From the NCBI GenBank assembly GCA_044222245.1, contig JBGANQ010000021.1, positions 3,597-67,596 on the forward strand: a stretch of DNA of 64,000 bases, read 5' to 3'. The number at the start of each line of letters is the position of its first letter. Within the stretch, counting starts at the first letter, position 1. This document shows, piece after piece, positions 22,126 to 33,034 of this stretch. The notes under the pieces were generated by a model. It was given only the letters and a program-made list of their open reading frames with translations, had not been told where the DNA came from and searched no databases. The position numbers were made by a program, and so were the translations under genes. The stretch comes from Polyangia bacterium (lineage in GTDB: Bacteria; Myxococcota_A; Polyangia; Palsa-1104; JAEUJZ01).

Positions 22126-23075
22126 AGGCTAAACCCGCTGACGCTGAGCAGCGCCGCGGGGCGCGCGTTGATCGGGCCGCCGGGCCACGAGGCGACGTTG
22201 GGAAACTCCTCGCTGGTCGTCGAGTGGTTGCGCGTCCCCAGGCCCACTCCCAGGCCGACGCCGAGCACAGCGACGGCGCCGATGCCGGTCCAGAACCACC
22301 ACTTCTTGACCAGATCGCGGGCGTGAAACTCCGAGCCGGTGGACGCGCTGGGGGCGGCGGCGGGCGCGGCGGCAGCGATCGGCTTGCTCGAGCCCTCGGT
22401 GCGCAGGGCGGGCTCACCGGGCGAGTCGTCGCCGCCGGCCGGCTGGTTCTGCGACTGCGGCTCCAGGAAGCGCGAGCGCGCCCCCGGCTCCAGCTTGACC
22501 GAGCGGCGCTCACCGGGGCGGACCTCGAGCAGGACGCGGGCGCCGCTGGAGGGGTCGGTGGGGGCCGGCATCATGACGATCTCGTGCTTGCCGGGCATCA
22601 GGCGCAGCGGCGTGTCGATCGGGGTGACGCCCACCGGGCGGCCGTCGATCTTCACCTGGGCGTTCTGGCGCGAGGCGTCCAGCGTCACCAGCGCCGCCAC
22701 CTGATCCAGCATCACCGCGAACTTGGCGCCGATCTCCTTGCGCTTGGCGTCGGGCACCGCGGGGGCGTCCTTGAGGAAGCGGCCGAGCGCGTCCAGGGCG
22801 TCGAGCGGCCGCTCCGCCTCAGCATAGGCCAGGCCGAGCGGCAAGAGGAAGCGCGGGTTGTGGCTGAGGTTGTAGGCCTTGCCGAGCTCGCTGATCGCGC
22901 CGGCGGCGTCGTGCTGGGCGAGCAGCCGCTCCCCTTCCTTGCCGGCGCGCTCGGACTCGCCGCGGGCATCCGCCTCGCGCGGGGCCTTGCTCTGCGCCGC
23001 CGCTGGCGCGCAGAGCTGCGACACGACCAAAGACAGGGAACCGGCCAGAACAAAGACAGTCGCGGAGCGCTTCAT
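22122..23075 (-). CDS. TPR/PEGA-domain membrane-anchored protein
   Basis: Signal peptide, TPR-like helices, AQVKIDGRPVGVTP..PGKHEI PEGA motif, KKWWFWTGIG transmembrane tail. Confidence 0.85.
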   Translation of the reverse strand: MKRSATVFVLAGSLSLVVSQLCAPAAAQSKAPREADARGESERAGKEGERLLAQHDAAGAISELGKAYNLSHNPRFLLPLGLAYAEAERPLDALDALGRFLKDAPAVPDAKRKEIGAKFAVMLDQVAALVTLDASRQNAQVKIDGRPVGVTPIDTPLRLMPGKHEIVMMPAPTDPSSGARVLLEVRPGERRSVKLEPGARSRFLEPQSQNQPAGGDDSPGEPALRTEGSSKPIAAAAPAAAPSASTGSEFHARDLVKKWWFWTGIGAVAVLGVGLGVGLGTRNHSTTSEEFPNVASWPGGPINARPAALLSVSGFSL

Positions 23076-23161
23076 GGAGCCTTTTTGGCACGCTCCCAGC
23101 CCCAACGTAAAGCGAGAAATGTATGCCCGGGTAGGTGGCCCAGCCCCGTCAGCGGTCGGCG

Positions 23162-26100
23162 CTAGTCCCAGACGCGGTTTATCGCCGGGACCTTCTCGCC
23201 GGGGGTGACCTTGATCTTTATGACCTCGCGCTTGCCCTTGTTGGCGTTTTCGAGGATGAGGGTGTGGCTGCCGGCGCTCAGCGCGTAGTCGCGCATCGGC
23301 GTCTGCTGGATCTTCTTGCCATCGACGTACACGATGGCCCACGGGCGGACGGTGATCGTGACGGTGCCCTTGGGTTTTTTTTCTGCCTTGGGCTTGCGCC
23401 GGTTGTGGCGGTCGTCGCCGTCCTCGTCTTCGTCCTTGTCTTTGTCGTCGGCCTTGGTCGCCTTGTCTTTGTCGTCGGACTTGTCGCCCTTGTCGTGCTT
23501 GTCGCCTTTGTCAGCCTTATCGCCCTTGTCGGACTTGTCGCCCTTGTCGGACTTGTCGCCCTTGTCGGACTTGTCGCCTTTGTCGCCTTTGTCGCCCTTG
23601 TCGGGGCTGACAGACTTGTCGCCCTTGTCACCCTTGGCGGCTGGGTCTTCATCCTCGGGGGTCTTGATGCCCTGGCGCGGGTCGAACAGGGTCGGGTCGA
23701 CGGTCTTGGCCTGCTTCTCGCCCGGCTTGAGCAGCTTGACGCGCAGCGGCGGCCGCACGTCCTTGGTGAACAGCAGCCGGCTCTCGTAAGGCTCGTATCC
23801 GGCCAGGGTGATGCGCACGGCGGCGGTCTTGCCGATCTCGCCCTTGACCTCGAACTCGCTAGGCCCCTTCTTGTCGACGCTGAGCCCCTCCACCTGGACC
23901 TCGGCGCCGGCCTGCTCGACGAGGATCGTCACCTTGCGCGTCGCCGCCAGGAAGCTCGGTGCGGCGCTGGTGCCGTGCGCCGGTGGCCAGACCCGGTTGG
24001 CGACGGCGGCGGTGATCAGCGAGACCACGACCATCAGCACCGGCCCGATGATCCAGCGGGCCGTCGGCGGCATGCCGGCGGCGGGCGCGGTCAGGGGGAA
24101 CACCATGCCGGCCGGCCGCAGCTGCACCGGTGGTCCCGCCGAAGGGCGCATCGGACCCGGCGGCAGGGTCGACTGCAGACCCTGCGGCGATGGGATGACC
24201 GGCGCCGGCATCGAGTAGACGGTGGCGGCCTGCGAGCCCACGCTCAGCGGACCGGCGCTGGGACCGGGAGATGGCAGGGTGGGTGCCGCGGCGATGACCG
24301 TGCGCGCCCCAGCGGCGCCGGCCGAAGGCGAGGCGTACACGGGGGCCTGCAGCGCCGGCGCCGGCGGGGGCGCCATGCCGCCACCGACCGCCGGCCCGGG
24401 GCTCGGCAGCTGCGGAGCCTCGGCAATCACGGTGCGCGCCCCGACGATGTTCGGAGCAGCCGCGGCACCGCCGCCGCTAGAGGGACGGCCGCCGAGCGCA
24501 GCCGCGACTTCCGGCGGCAGCTCGGTAGCGATCTGCGTCTTCTGATCAGAACCTGCCATTGTGCTCCGATGCGCCGACTGACTGACTGCCGGCGCGATAG
24601 ATGGGTCCGCCCCGGGGGGCGAACTGGAAACCGCGGGAGCGACCACCGGCTCCGCCGCCGAGACGACCTCGACCTCCCCGGACACCAGGATCTCTCCCGG
24701 GGCGGGCGGCGGCGGGGTCGGCAGCTGGGGCGGGACCGTGCGCCTGGGTTGCGGCGGCGGCGGGTACGGCGGCGCCGGGTGCGGAGCCGCCGGGTGATGG
24801 CCGGGCTGCGGCGGTGGCGGATAAGGCGGAGCCGGGTGCGCCGCGGGCTGCGGCTGCGGCTGCTGGGCAGCCGGCGGGTGATGGCCGGGCTGCGGCGGTG
24901 GCGGATAAGGCGGAGCCGGGTGCACCGCGGGCTGCGGCTGCGGCTGCTGGGCAGTCGGCGGATGCTGGCCGGGCTGCGGCGGTGGCGGATAAGGCGAGCC
25001 GGGGTGCTGCGGGCTCGCGCTGCTGGGCAGTCGGCGGATGCTGGCCGGGCTGCGGCGGTGGCGGATAGGGCGGAGCCGGGTGCGCCGCGGTCTGCGGCGG
25101 CTGCGCCCCCGCCGAGTGATGACCGGGCGGTGGCGGAAAAGGTGGAGCCGGCTGCGGCTGCTGGGCAGTCGGCGGATGCTGGCCGGGCTGCGGCAGAGGC
25201 AGAAAAGGTGGAGCCGGATGCGTCGCCTGCGGTGGCTGCTGCGGCTGGGGCGGCCCCGAGGGGGATGGAGCCGGAGGCACCGCCGTCGGCGGAGCCGGGT
25301 GCGCCGCGGGCGGCGACAGCGCTGCGGGCTGGGGCAGCGGTAGCTGCGGCGACATCCGCGATGGCGGCGGCGGCACCGGGGGCAGCTGGCGGCTCGGCCG
25401 GACTCGCCGCCGGCGGGGGCTGGCGGAGGGGCTGGCGGGGCAGGCGCGCTCGATGGTGACGCCGGCGGCGGCTCTGGGGCTTGCGGCGGCTCTGGGGCTT
25501 GCGGCGGCGCGGCGGGCGGCAAGCTCGGGGCTCGGCTCGGGCGGCGGCTCGGGCGCCGCGCGCGCGACGCTGGGCGCCGGCTCAGCGGCTGGCGGCGCGG
25601 CTGGCGCGGAGGACCGGAGCCGCCGCGCCGCCCGGTCCTTTGAGCATCGACTGCAGGACCTTGGTCCAGTTGCGCGTCTTCTCGGGGAAGAGCGTGCTCA
25701 TGAACTCGCCGAGCGACTGTGCCTCGTACTGGTACTGCGCCACCGCGGTCAGGTGGCGCGCGACCTCGCCGGCCGACTGGTAGCGCTGGGCGCGGTTGGG
25801 CACCAGCATCTTGAGGACGATCTTCTCAACCTCGTCGGGGATCTCCGGGTTGTACTGCCGCGGCGGCGGCACGATGCCGTCGCGCACCCGGCGGATGACG
25901 TCGTGCTCGTCGGGCCCGAAGAACAAGCGGTGCCGGGTAAGCAGCTCCCAGAACACGATCCCCATCGAGTAGATGTCGGTCCGCCCGTCGAGCGGCTGGC
26001 CGGTGATCTGCTCGGGGCTCATGTAGGCGAGCTTGCCCTTGACGGTGCCGGTGGTGGCGCTGGAGGCCCGCTCGGCGACCTTGGCGATGCCGAAGTCCGA

Positions 26101-27063
26101 GATCTTCACATCGCCCGAGAAGCTGATGAGGATGTTGTGCGGCGAGACGTCGCGGTGGACGATCTCCAGGGGCTTGCCGTGATCGAGCCGGGTGTGGGCG
26201 TAGTGCAGGCCCTTGAGCGCCTCGGCGATGAGGTAGACCGACATCGCGACCGGGAACCACACGCCGGCCTTGGCCGCCGCCTTCTCGGCCTGGCGCAGGT
26301 CGCGCCCCTCGACGAGCTCCATCGCCAGGTAGTAGCGCTCGCCTTCCTTGTCGAAGTCGAAGATCTGGACGATGTTGGGGTGGTGCATCTTGGCGACGAG
26401 GCGGGCCTCGTCGATGAACATGCGCACCGACTCTTCGTCGCCGGTGAACTTGGGCAGGATGCGCTTGATCACCAGATCTTTGGTGAAGCCCTCGGCCCCG
26501 AGCGTCTTGGCCCGCCAGACCTCGGCCATGCCGCCGACGCCGATGCGCTCGAGCAGGTTGTACTTGCCGTAGCGCTCGGGGGCCATCGGCCGCTGCTGAT
26601 CGACCAGCGACGGCGTCGAGGTGAAAGAGACCTGCTCGCTGGGATCCTTCTCGGCGCCCGGCGGCTTGGCTCCGGGCGTCCCGAGCGCGGCGGCCGCCGT
26701 GCTGCTCCGCGAGCTGACCAGCCCCCCGGGCACGATCGAAGGCTTCTTGATCGCCACCTTGGCCGGCACCGCGGTGAGGGTCGGCGCCGAGGTCGAGGCA
26801 TCGGCGCCCGGCGGCTTGAGCTCGGGCGCCGGGGCGGCTGCAGCTCCGCCCTTGCCGGCCGCCTTGGGGGTCGGCGCACCCCCAGACCCGAGCGCCGGCG
26901 GTCCCGGCGACCCGGCTCCGGCCGGCGCCGCCGCCAGGACGCTATCCGCCGGGCGGACCAAGCCAGGGCTGGCACCTGCAGGAGGTCCCGGGGGTGGTCC
27001 CGGGGGTGGTCCCGGGGGTGGTCCCGGGGGTGATGTAGATGGCTTCACTGGCACGATAGCCAC
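23162..27063 (-). CDS. Ser/Thr protein kinase with Pro-rich linker, TM helix and C-terminal PEGA domain; frameshifted as assembled
   Basis: Kinase motifs IGVGGMAEV, HRDVSPHN, SDFGIAK and YMSPEQ in 25582-27063. The Pro-rich linker continues in other frames (24546-25376, then 23162-25522) to a TM segment and the PWAIVYVDGK PEGA motif. Confidence 0.8.
23470..23640. repeat. 9/18-bp coding tandem repeat (DKG/DKS)
   Basis: Repeated ttgtcgccc / ttgtcggac units. Confidence 0.85.
24760..25220. repeat. Long coding repeats (HPAPPYPPPPQPGxHPPxAQQPQPQ)
   Basis: Several near-identical units containing ggcggtggcggataaggcggagccgggtgc. Confidence 0.8.
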
Positions 27064-27579
27064 ACAGACGCTCTACTTAACTGTATCACAAAGGGAGGGC
27101 CTATCGAGAGGCTATGGTCCCCTGCCCGCGGCGCCCCGCTGCCGCCCCGCGAGCTGCTTATCGCGGGGCCGGCGTCCGTGGCGTCCGTGGCGCCTGCGCG
27201 CAGCCCGCACAACCTTTTTGGTCGGCTGCCGAAGATCCCTGGGACAAGCCTGAGGCGGGCCCGCGGCCAGGCGCCGATTGCGTCCCGGGTGCGGCGGGCT
27301 CGAGTCTCGCCGGCCGGCGGGCCGGTCAGCTGCTGCTCGCCGGACTGCGGCCGGGCGGCTGCCCTGGTGATGGTGAAGACAAGACCTCGTGCCAGTTAGC
27401 GCCGCTTCGTCGCGCTTCTCCGTTGCGCTTCTCCGCTGTCCTTCGTCGCGCTTCTCCGTCGGAGAATGCGCGGTTGCTAGGGCGTCGGAACTGGCATATG
27501 ATGGCCATATTGCATGGTGTCTGCTCCTGCAGTGGGCCTGGGTCCTGGGCCGCGGATACCCATCACCAGAGAGACTTAA

Positions 27580-28845
27580 ATGCGTCAAAGTCCGGATCTC
27601 CGTACCTTGAGCTCTTCTAAGCGCGCAGCCCGCCTTGGGATTTCGCTGCTCGCAGTGACCGGCCTGGCCGCCGGGTGCACGGCGCTATCGACGGTCCAGA
27701 GCGGCGTTGACACGGCGAACAGCACCGCCAGCTCGACCAAGGGGACGGCGGATCAGACCAAGCAGCTTGGTACCGATCTCAAAAACTCGATCACCGGCAA
27801 GAAGCCGGAGGTCGAGGATCCCAACAAAAAAGAGGACGACGACGGCAAGCGCATCCTCGCCAAGCAGACCCGCCTCAACCAGCCGGTCAACGACGAGCTC
27901 AACGTCACCAAGAACGATCCGGTCGACTGGAAGGCCTACGATCTGTCGGCGGTGCAGGCGCGCAGCTGGGTCCTTTTCGAGCTGAACTGGGACGATAAGG
28001 ACGCCGAGATCAACCTCGATGTCTACGACCAGGTCGGAGCGCAGGTCGTGCAGTCGCCCGGGCGCAGCGGCATCCCGCAGAAGAAGATCCCTCTGCGCGT
28101 CGAGACGCCCGGGGTCTACTACGCGCGCATCGCCATGCAGCCGGGCTTCCCCAAGTCCGAGAGCGTCTACACGGTGCTCATGCGCACCCGCCCCGGCGTC
28201 GCCCTGGCGCGGCCGACCGACGTGCGCGCCAAGAAGGACGGCGAGGCGGCGGCCGCCGCCGGTGCACCGCCGCCTGGTGGTGCGCCGGCGCCCGGTGGCG
28301 CGCCCGCCGCCGGTGGCGCGCCCGCCGCCGGCGGCGCCCCGGTGCCCGGTGGCGCGCCCGTCCCCGGCGGGTTCCCGCAGCCTGGTGGCTTCCCGCAGCC
28401 TGGTGGCTTCCCGCAGCCTGGTGGCTTCCCGCAGCCTGGCGGCTACCCCGGCGGCTACCCGCCGCCCGGTGGCTACCCGCAGCCTGGTGGCTTCCCGCCG
28501 CCGGGCGGCGCTCCGGGTCAGGCTCCGGGCGGCGCGGCGGCCGCAGGCGGCGCGGCAGCGGCCGACGCCAACGCCATCCCGGCCGGCGCCATCACCGGCA
28601 AGGTCGTGCAGTCGTTCCGTGGCGACGACGGCAAGATGACCCTGTACCTCAACAAGGGAACCAAGGACAAGCTGCGCGTCGGCATGGCCGGCAACGTGCT
28701 GGACGGCAGCGACGGTGGCAAGACCCTTGAGGGGGCCAACTTCACCATCACCAAGGTGCTCGGCGAGAACCAGTCCGTAGCCACTTCGAGCTACGGCAAG
28801 TCCCTGGGCAAGAACAACCGCTTCATGGTCGCAAAGCCTAAGTAA
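27580..28845 (+). CDS. Putative lipoprotein: beta-sandwich domain, GGFPQP-repeat linker, C-terminal beta-barrel-like domain
   Basis: LAAGC lipobox; GC3-biased codons; similar to the downstream gene in both domains. Confidence 0.8.
   Translation: MRQSPDLRTLSSSKRAARLGISLLAVTGLAAGCTALSTVQSGVDTANSTASSTKGTADQTKQLGTDLKNSITGKKPEVEDPNKKEDDDGKRILAKQTRLNQPVNDELNVTKNDPVDWKAYDLSAVQARSWVLFELNWDDKDAEINLDVYDQVGAQVVQSPGRSGIPQKKIPLRVETPGVYYARIAMQPGFPKSESVYTVLMRTRPGVALARPTDVRAKKDGEAAAAAGAPPPGGAPAPGGAPAAGGAPAAGGAPVPGGAPVPGGFPQPGGFPQPGGFPQPGGFPQPGGYPGGYPPPGGYPQPGGFPPPGGAPGQAPGGAAAAGGAAAADANAIPAGAITGKVVQSFRGDDGKMTLYLNKGTKDKLRVGMAGNVLDGSDGGKTLEGANFTITKVLGENQSVATSSYGKSLGKNNRFMVAKPK
28370..28500. repeat. 18-bp coding tandem repeat (cctggtggcttcccgcag; PGGFPQ)
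   Basis: Exact and degenerate copies read directly. Confidence 0.9.
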
Positions 28846-28922
28846 ACCCGCTCAAGTAATGCCCTTTACCAAGCGGTCATTCCCAAACCCTGCTTCCCAA
28901 GTGGCGCGAGGCGAGACAATTC

Positions 28923-29759
28923 ATGGCGCTCCGAGCGAAACTCCTGCGGACCCTTTTGGCGGTAACCCTTTTGGCTGGTGCGGGTGCGGCCTGTAAGAAA
29001 AACGTCAAAAAGACGCCGTCTGGTCCCGACCCCGACACCAACAGCGGGCCCGACGCCAAGCGCGGCGGCGCCAAGCTGATGTTCATCAACAAGGCCGAGA
29101 CCGACTCGGTGAGCTGGCCCAAGCTCCTGCGCACCAAGTGGAAGCGCATCGACATCCAGGTGCCGGGCGTGCAGAACATCCTCGACTGCGAGCTGCGCAT
29201 CGACAACACCGGCGCCGACATCAACATCGACGTGTTCAACAGCCTCGGCACCCAGATCGGCTTCTCGCCCGGTCCGGCGCCGAACAAGCTCAAGAAGCTG
29301 GCGGTGCAGATCGACGAGCTTGGGACCTACTTTGTGCGCATGCAGGCCGCCCAGCCCAAGGACGAGTCGGACTGGTCGGTGATCTGCGCCTGGGAGGAGC
29401 AGCTGGCGCCCCCCGACCCCGCGGCGCCGGTGGTCAAGGGCCACGGCAAGCGGCCCAAGGAGCCCAAGATCGTCGCCACCAAGCCCGAGACCTTCCAGGA
29501 CAAGGTCGACAACGGCACCGAGGGCCGCATCCTGTCGAGCTTCCGCGAGAACGGCCAGATGACGCTGCTCATCGACAAGGGCGTGGCCGCCGGCGTGCGC
29601 GAGGGCACCGAGGGCACCGTGCTGGAGGGCAAGTCGGGCCGCCAGGTGCTGGAGGGCGGCGGCTTCAAGGTCACCCAGGTGCTGGAGGACTCGCGCTGCA
29701 AGGCGGTCTCTACGGTTCGTTCGATCGGAAGGAACAACCGGGTCGTACTCTTTAAGTAG
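28923..29759 (+). CDS. Putative lipoprotein, paralog of the upstream gene
   Basis: GAAC lipobox; ADINIDVFNSLG vs AEINLDVYDQVG; SFRENGQMTLLIDKG vs SFRGDDGKMTLYLNKG. Confidence 0.8.
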   Translation: MALRAKLLRTLLAVTLLAGAGAACKKNVKKTPSGPDPDTNSGPDAKRGGAKLMFINKAETDSVSWPKLLRTKWKRIDIQVPGVQNILDCELRIDNTGADINIDVFNSLGTQIGFSPGPAPNKLKKLAVQIDELGTYFVRMQAAQPKDESDWSVICAWEEQLAPPDPAAPVVKGHGKRPKEPKIVATKPETFQDKVDNGTEGRILSSFRENGQMTLLIDKGVAAGVREGTEGTVLEGKSGRQVLEGGGFKVTQVLEDSRCKAVSTVRSIGRNNRVVLFK

Positions 29760-29796
29760 GGGAGCGCTTGCACACGGCAACCAAGGAGTCGCTTTA

Positions 29797-31254
29797 ATGT
29801 CCGCACCGGGCCAGCAGGATCCGCTAGTCGGCAAGGTTCTGGCGGATCGCTTCGAGATCCTCAGCCGCATCGGCGAGGGCGGCACCGGTGTGGTCTACAA
29901 GGCCAAGCAGCTCACCGTGGATCGCATCGTCGCGATTAAGCTCCTCGGCGCGCACGTCTCCAGCGACCCGTCGTGGGTCAAGCGCTTCCACAACGAGGCC
30001 CGGGCGGCGGCGCGCCTGGACCACCCCAACACCGTCCGCCTCATCGACTTTGGCGAGACCAAAGAGGGGCTCCTGTTTATCGCCATGGAGTTCCTGCAGG
30101 GCCGCTCGCTGGCCGAGGAGATCGTGCGCCTGGGCAAGCTGCCGCCGCAGCGGGCGCTGCGCATCATCTCGCAGGTCTGCCAGTCGCTGCAGGAGGCGCA
30201 CAGCCAGGGCATCATCCACCGCGATATCAAGCCGGACAACGTCTTCCTGGTCGAGATGAAGGGGTCCGGGGACTTTGTGAAGGTGCTGGATTTCTCGGTC
30301 GCCAAGATGGACTCGCCCGACGCCCAGCAGACGCGCGCCGGCACCGTCTTTGGCACCCCGGCCTACATGAGCCCGGAGCAGGCGCGCGGCGTCAAGCTGT
30401 CGCCGCAGTCGGACATCTACGCCTGCGGCATCGTCGCCTACGAGACCCTGACCGGCAAGCCGCCGTTTGAGGCGCCGCTGCCCATGGAAGTCGTGATGAT
30501 GCACCTGCGCCAGAAGCCGGCGCCGCTGGTCGGCTTCCCGGAGCAGGTGGCGCGGCTGGTCATGAAGGCGCTGGAGAAGACGCCCGACCGGCGGCAGCAG
30601 AGCGCCGACGAGCTGCACCGCGAGTGCGTCGAGTGCCTGGAGACCCTGTACATGAAGTCGGCGACGCCGAGCGCCGGCCTGCCATCGGTCGGCGAGCCGG
30701 TGCGCAGTAACGGCCTCTCGCCGATGCAGCTGCCGCCGTCCGGGCAGGGCGGCCTGGGGGCGCCGCCGCCGCTGGCACCCCCGATGGCCTCGCCGATGAT
30801 GGCACCGCCGCCGATGGCGCCGCCGCCGATGGCCTCACCGATGGCCTCACCGATGGCCTCACCGATGATGGCGCCGCCGCCGATGGCGCCGCCGCCGGTG
30901 ACCAGCGGGGCGATGGCGGCGGCGCCGATGGGCAGCGCGGGTCCGGTCTCGGCGGCGCCCGAGCAGCGGACGATGCTGGCGCAGATGGCGCCGGTGATCC
31001 CGCCCCCAAGCCCCGGCCCGCGCCCCGGCGGCGCTGGGCGCACCCAGTCCCTGGATGCCGGTGGCATGCACAGCACGGTCTACGTGCCGGGACCGCCGGC
31101 GGGGATGACGATGTCGCCGCAGGCGATGGCGATCCGCCAGCATGTGCTGTCGCCCAAGCCGGTGGCCGCCAAGGGGCCTAAGCCCATCTTCTGGGTCGGC
31201 TGGGCGCTGCTCGGGGTCTGCCTGGGGATGCTCTTGCACATCATCTGGAACTAG
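29797..31254 (+). CDS. Ser/Thr protein kinase with Pro/Met-rich tail and C-terminal TM anchor
   Basis: IGEGGTGVVY, VAIK, HRDIKPDN, DFS (for DFG) and GTPAYMSPEQ motifs; AAGGAG RBS. Confidence 0.93.
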   Translation: MSAPGQQDPLVGKVLADRFEILSRIGEGGTGVVYKAKQLTVDRIVAIKLLGAHVSSDPSWVKRFHNEARAAARLDHPNTVRLIDFGETKEGLLFIAMEFLQGRSLAEEIVRLGKLPPQRALRIISQVCQSLQEAHSQGIIHRDIKPDNVFLVEMKGSGDFVKVLDFSVAKMDSPDAQQTRAGTVFGTPAYMSPEQARGVKLSPQSDIYACGIVAYETLTGKPPFEAPLPMEVVMMHLRQKPAPLVGFPEQVARLVMKALEKTPDRRQQSADELHRECVECLETLYMKSATPSAGLPSVGEPVRSNGLSPMQLPPSGQGGLGAPPPLAPPMASPMMAPPPMAPPPMASPMASPMASPMMAPPPMAPPPVTSGAMAAAPMGSAGPVSAAPEQRTMLAQMAPVIPPPSPGPRPGGAGRTQSLDAGGMHSTVYVPGPPAGMTMSPQAMAIRQHVLSPKPVAAKGPKPIFWVGWALLGVCLGMLLHIIWN

Positions 31255-31261
31255 GTGCAGC

Positions 31262-31882
31262 TTGCGGTTTAGCCTCGGCGGCGACGGCACTCTCAGCGAA
31301 GCGGACAAGCGCGACCTCGCGCAGCGGCAGGAGCGCATCCGCAAGGACGCCGACCCGGTCTTGCTGCGCCGCCTGCGCCGCTGGGAAGAGCACCGCATGC
31401 TGCCAAGCCGCCTGTCGACCGAGCCGCCGCGGCCGCTGCCAATGGCGATCCGGCCGCAGCCGACCCACTTCGATAGGCTCGCCGACTGGTACTGCGGCTA
31501 CCTCGGGGTGCGGCAGGAGTATGAGACTTCCTACGAGACCCAGCAGGACCTAAAGCGCGCCGTGCCGCAGGCGATCCTGCGCGACATCTACCGGCCGGTA
31601 AAGCAGCACACAGTCGACTGGGAGCCGGCCGGGATCGACATCGATCCGGGCGGCCGGCGGGCGCTGGCCGAGGCCAAGGCGGCGCAGAAGCGCGAGCCGC
31701 TGCCGGCGCCGGTCTCGGCCCTTGAGGTCTTCGCCGCCGAGCAGCGAAGGCAGCGTCGGCTGCGGGCGACTCCTTGGCAGGCGCAGCGGCCCGACAGCGC
31801 CCCGCGCCGCTACTCCGACCAGGATCACATCCGCTATAACGAGGTCGAGCAGGACCAAAATAGCGACGATGAAGAGGACTAG
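31262..31882 (+). CDS. Hypothetical protein
   Basis: Open frame with GC3 bias directly after the kinase; TTG start tentative. Confidence 0.55.
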   Translation: MRFSLGGDGTLSEADKRDLAQRQERIRKDADPVLLRRLRRWEEHRMLPSRLSTEPPRPLPMAIRPQPTHFDRLADWYCGYLGVRQEYETSYETQQDLKRAVPQAILRDIYRPVKQHTVDWEPAGIDIDPGGRRALAEAKAAQKREPLPAPVSALEVFAAEQRRQRRLRATPWQAQRPDSAPRRYSDQDHIRYNEVEQDQNSDDEED

Positions 31883-32008
31883 GCCGCCGGCTGCGCGGTA
31901 GCGCGGGCAAGCCGACCCAAAGGGCGGCTCGCAAGCGGGCTTTGGGGCTGCCTGGCCCGGTGGTGGGAATGGGTAGCTCCGGGCACGCAAGTGCGGTACC
32001 ATCGCAGC

Positions 32009-32797
32009 ATGCCAAGCTCTTGTTTCGCCTCCCGATCGCTGCCCGGGCCGCGCGGCCAGACCCGCGTACTTGTTCTTGCTTTGGGCGCGGTCACGCTGCT
32101 GACGGCGAGCGGCTGTCCGCCCAAGCCGCCGCCGCCCCGGCTGCCGCCGCGCGAGGTCCCGCGGCTCGGCAACGTCGCCGGCACCGAGGGCGATCGCGCC
32201 GACGTTATCGTCGATGCGGTGCAGCAGGGAGCGAACCTGGCGCGCATCCAGTACGACTGCGCGCAGCCGCCCAGCGTCGGCGCCGAGGGGCGCGGCGTGC
32301 TGTCGACCGAGATCAACAAGTGCGTCTTTGACTTCGCCAGCAAGACCCTGACCATCAGCAACGAGAACCAGGCCGACTGCCCGACGTTTCTGTTGACGCT
32401 GAACAACTATCACGGCCAGGCGACCTACAACACCTCGTTCCTCGGCAAGCTGAGCCTGGGCACGGCGAAGATGCGCCAGGCCGCCTGCAAGTGGGACGGC
32501 TCGCTGTGCCTGGACTGGGACGGCGCCTCCGGCCCGCACCCCGAGGCCAGCTGCACCATCGAGATCAGCTACGACCCCGGCGTCCAGTACGGGACCCTGT
32601 CGAGCGGCACGGTCAGCGGCACCTTCGTCTGCACGGACTTCTTCAGCCCCTGGAAGGGCTGCGCCGGCGCCCCCGCGCGCGTCGCCTGCGCCGTGACCCG
32701 CGCCAGCTTCTCGGTCGCCGGCTGCACCGTCATCAACAAGCCGTCCGAGGCGCCGCGGAAGAAGTCGGACGGGAAAAAAGCCAAGCGTGGCGGCTGA
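32009..32797 (+). CDS. Cys-rich putative lipoprotein
   Basis: TASGC lipobox; multiple Cys in a beta-rich mature region. Confidence 0.75.
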   Translation: MPSSCFASRSLPGPRGQTRVLVLALGAVTLLTASGCPPKPPPPRLPPREVPRLGNVAGTEGDRADVIVDAVQQGANLARIQYDCAQPPSVGAEGRGVLSTEINKCVFDFASKTLTISNENQADCPTFLLTLNNYHGQATYNTSFLGKLSLGTAKMRQAACKWDGSLCLDWDGASGPHPEASCTIEISYDPGVQYGTLSSGTVSGTFVCTDFFSPWKGCAGAPARVACAVTRASFSVAGCTVINKPSEAPRKKSDGKKAKRGG

Positions 32798-32846
32798 GCG
32801 CGCCCAGCGCGGCGGCGACCCCGCCGGCCCGCCGGACCCGCAGCTC

Positions 32847-32906
32847 GCCTGGTGGCCTGCCTGGTGGCCGGCCTGGTGACCTGGCCGGTGGCCTGGCCGG
32901 TGGCCT
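32847..32906. repeat. 5 x 12-bp intergenic tandem repeat
   Basis: gcctggtggcct gcctggtggccg gcctggtgacct ggccggtggcct ggccggtggcct. Confidence 0.85.
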
Positions 32907-33034
32907 GCCCGCCAAGCCCGCCGTCGGCGCTGGAGCGCCCGCGGCGCCGGCTGGACCTGTACCCGACGACTCCCTGCAGCTGCATTCTTAGAGCATCGTT
33001 GACAACGCGCAGAAATGACGCTAATCGCGCCAGC

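Noticed and set aside
27400-27462. Duplicated cttcgtcgcgcttctccgt in the divergent intergenic region
   Set aside because: Only two full copies and a partial one; cannot be told apart from a neutral local duplication.
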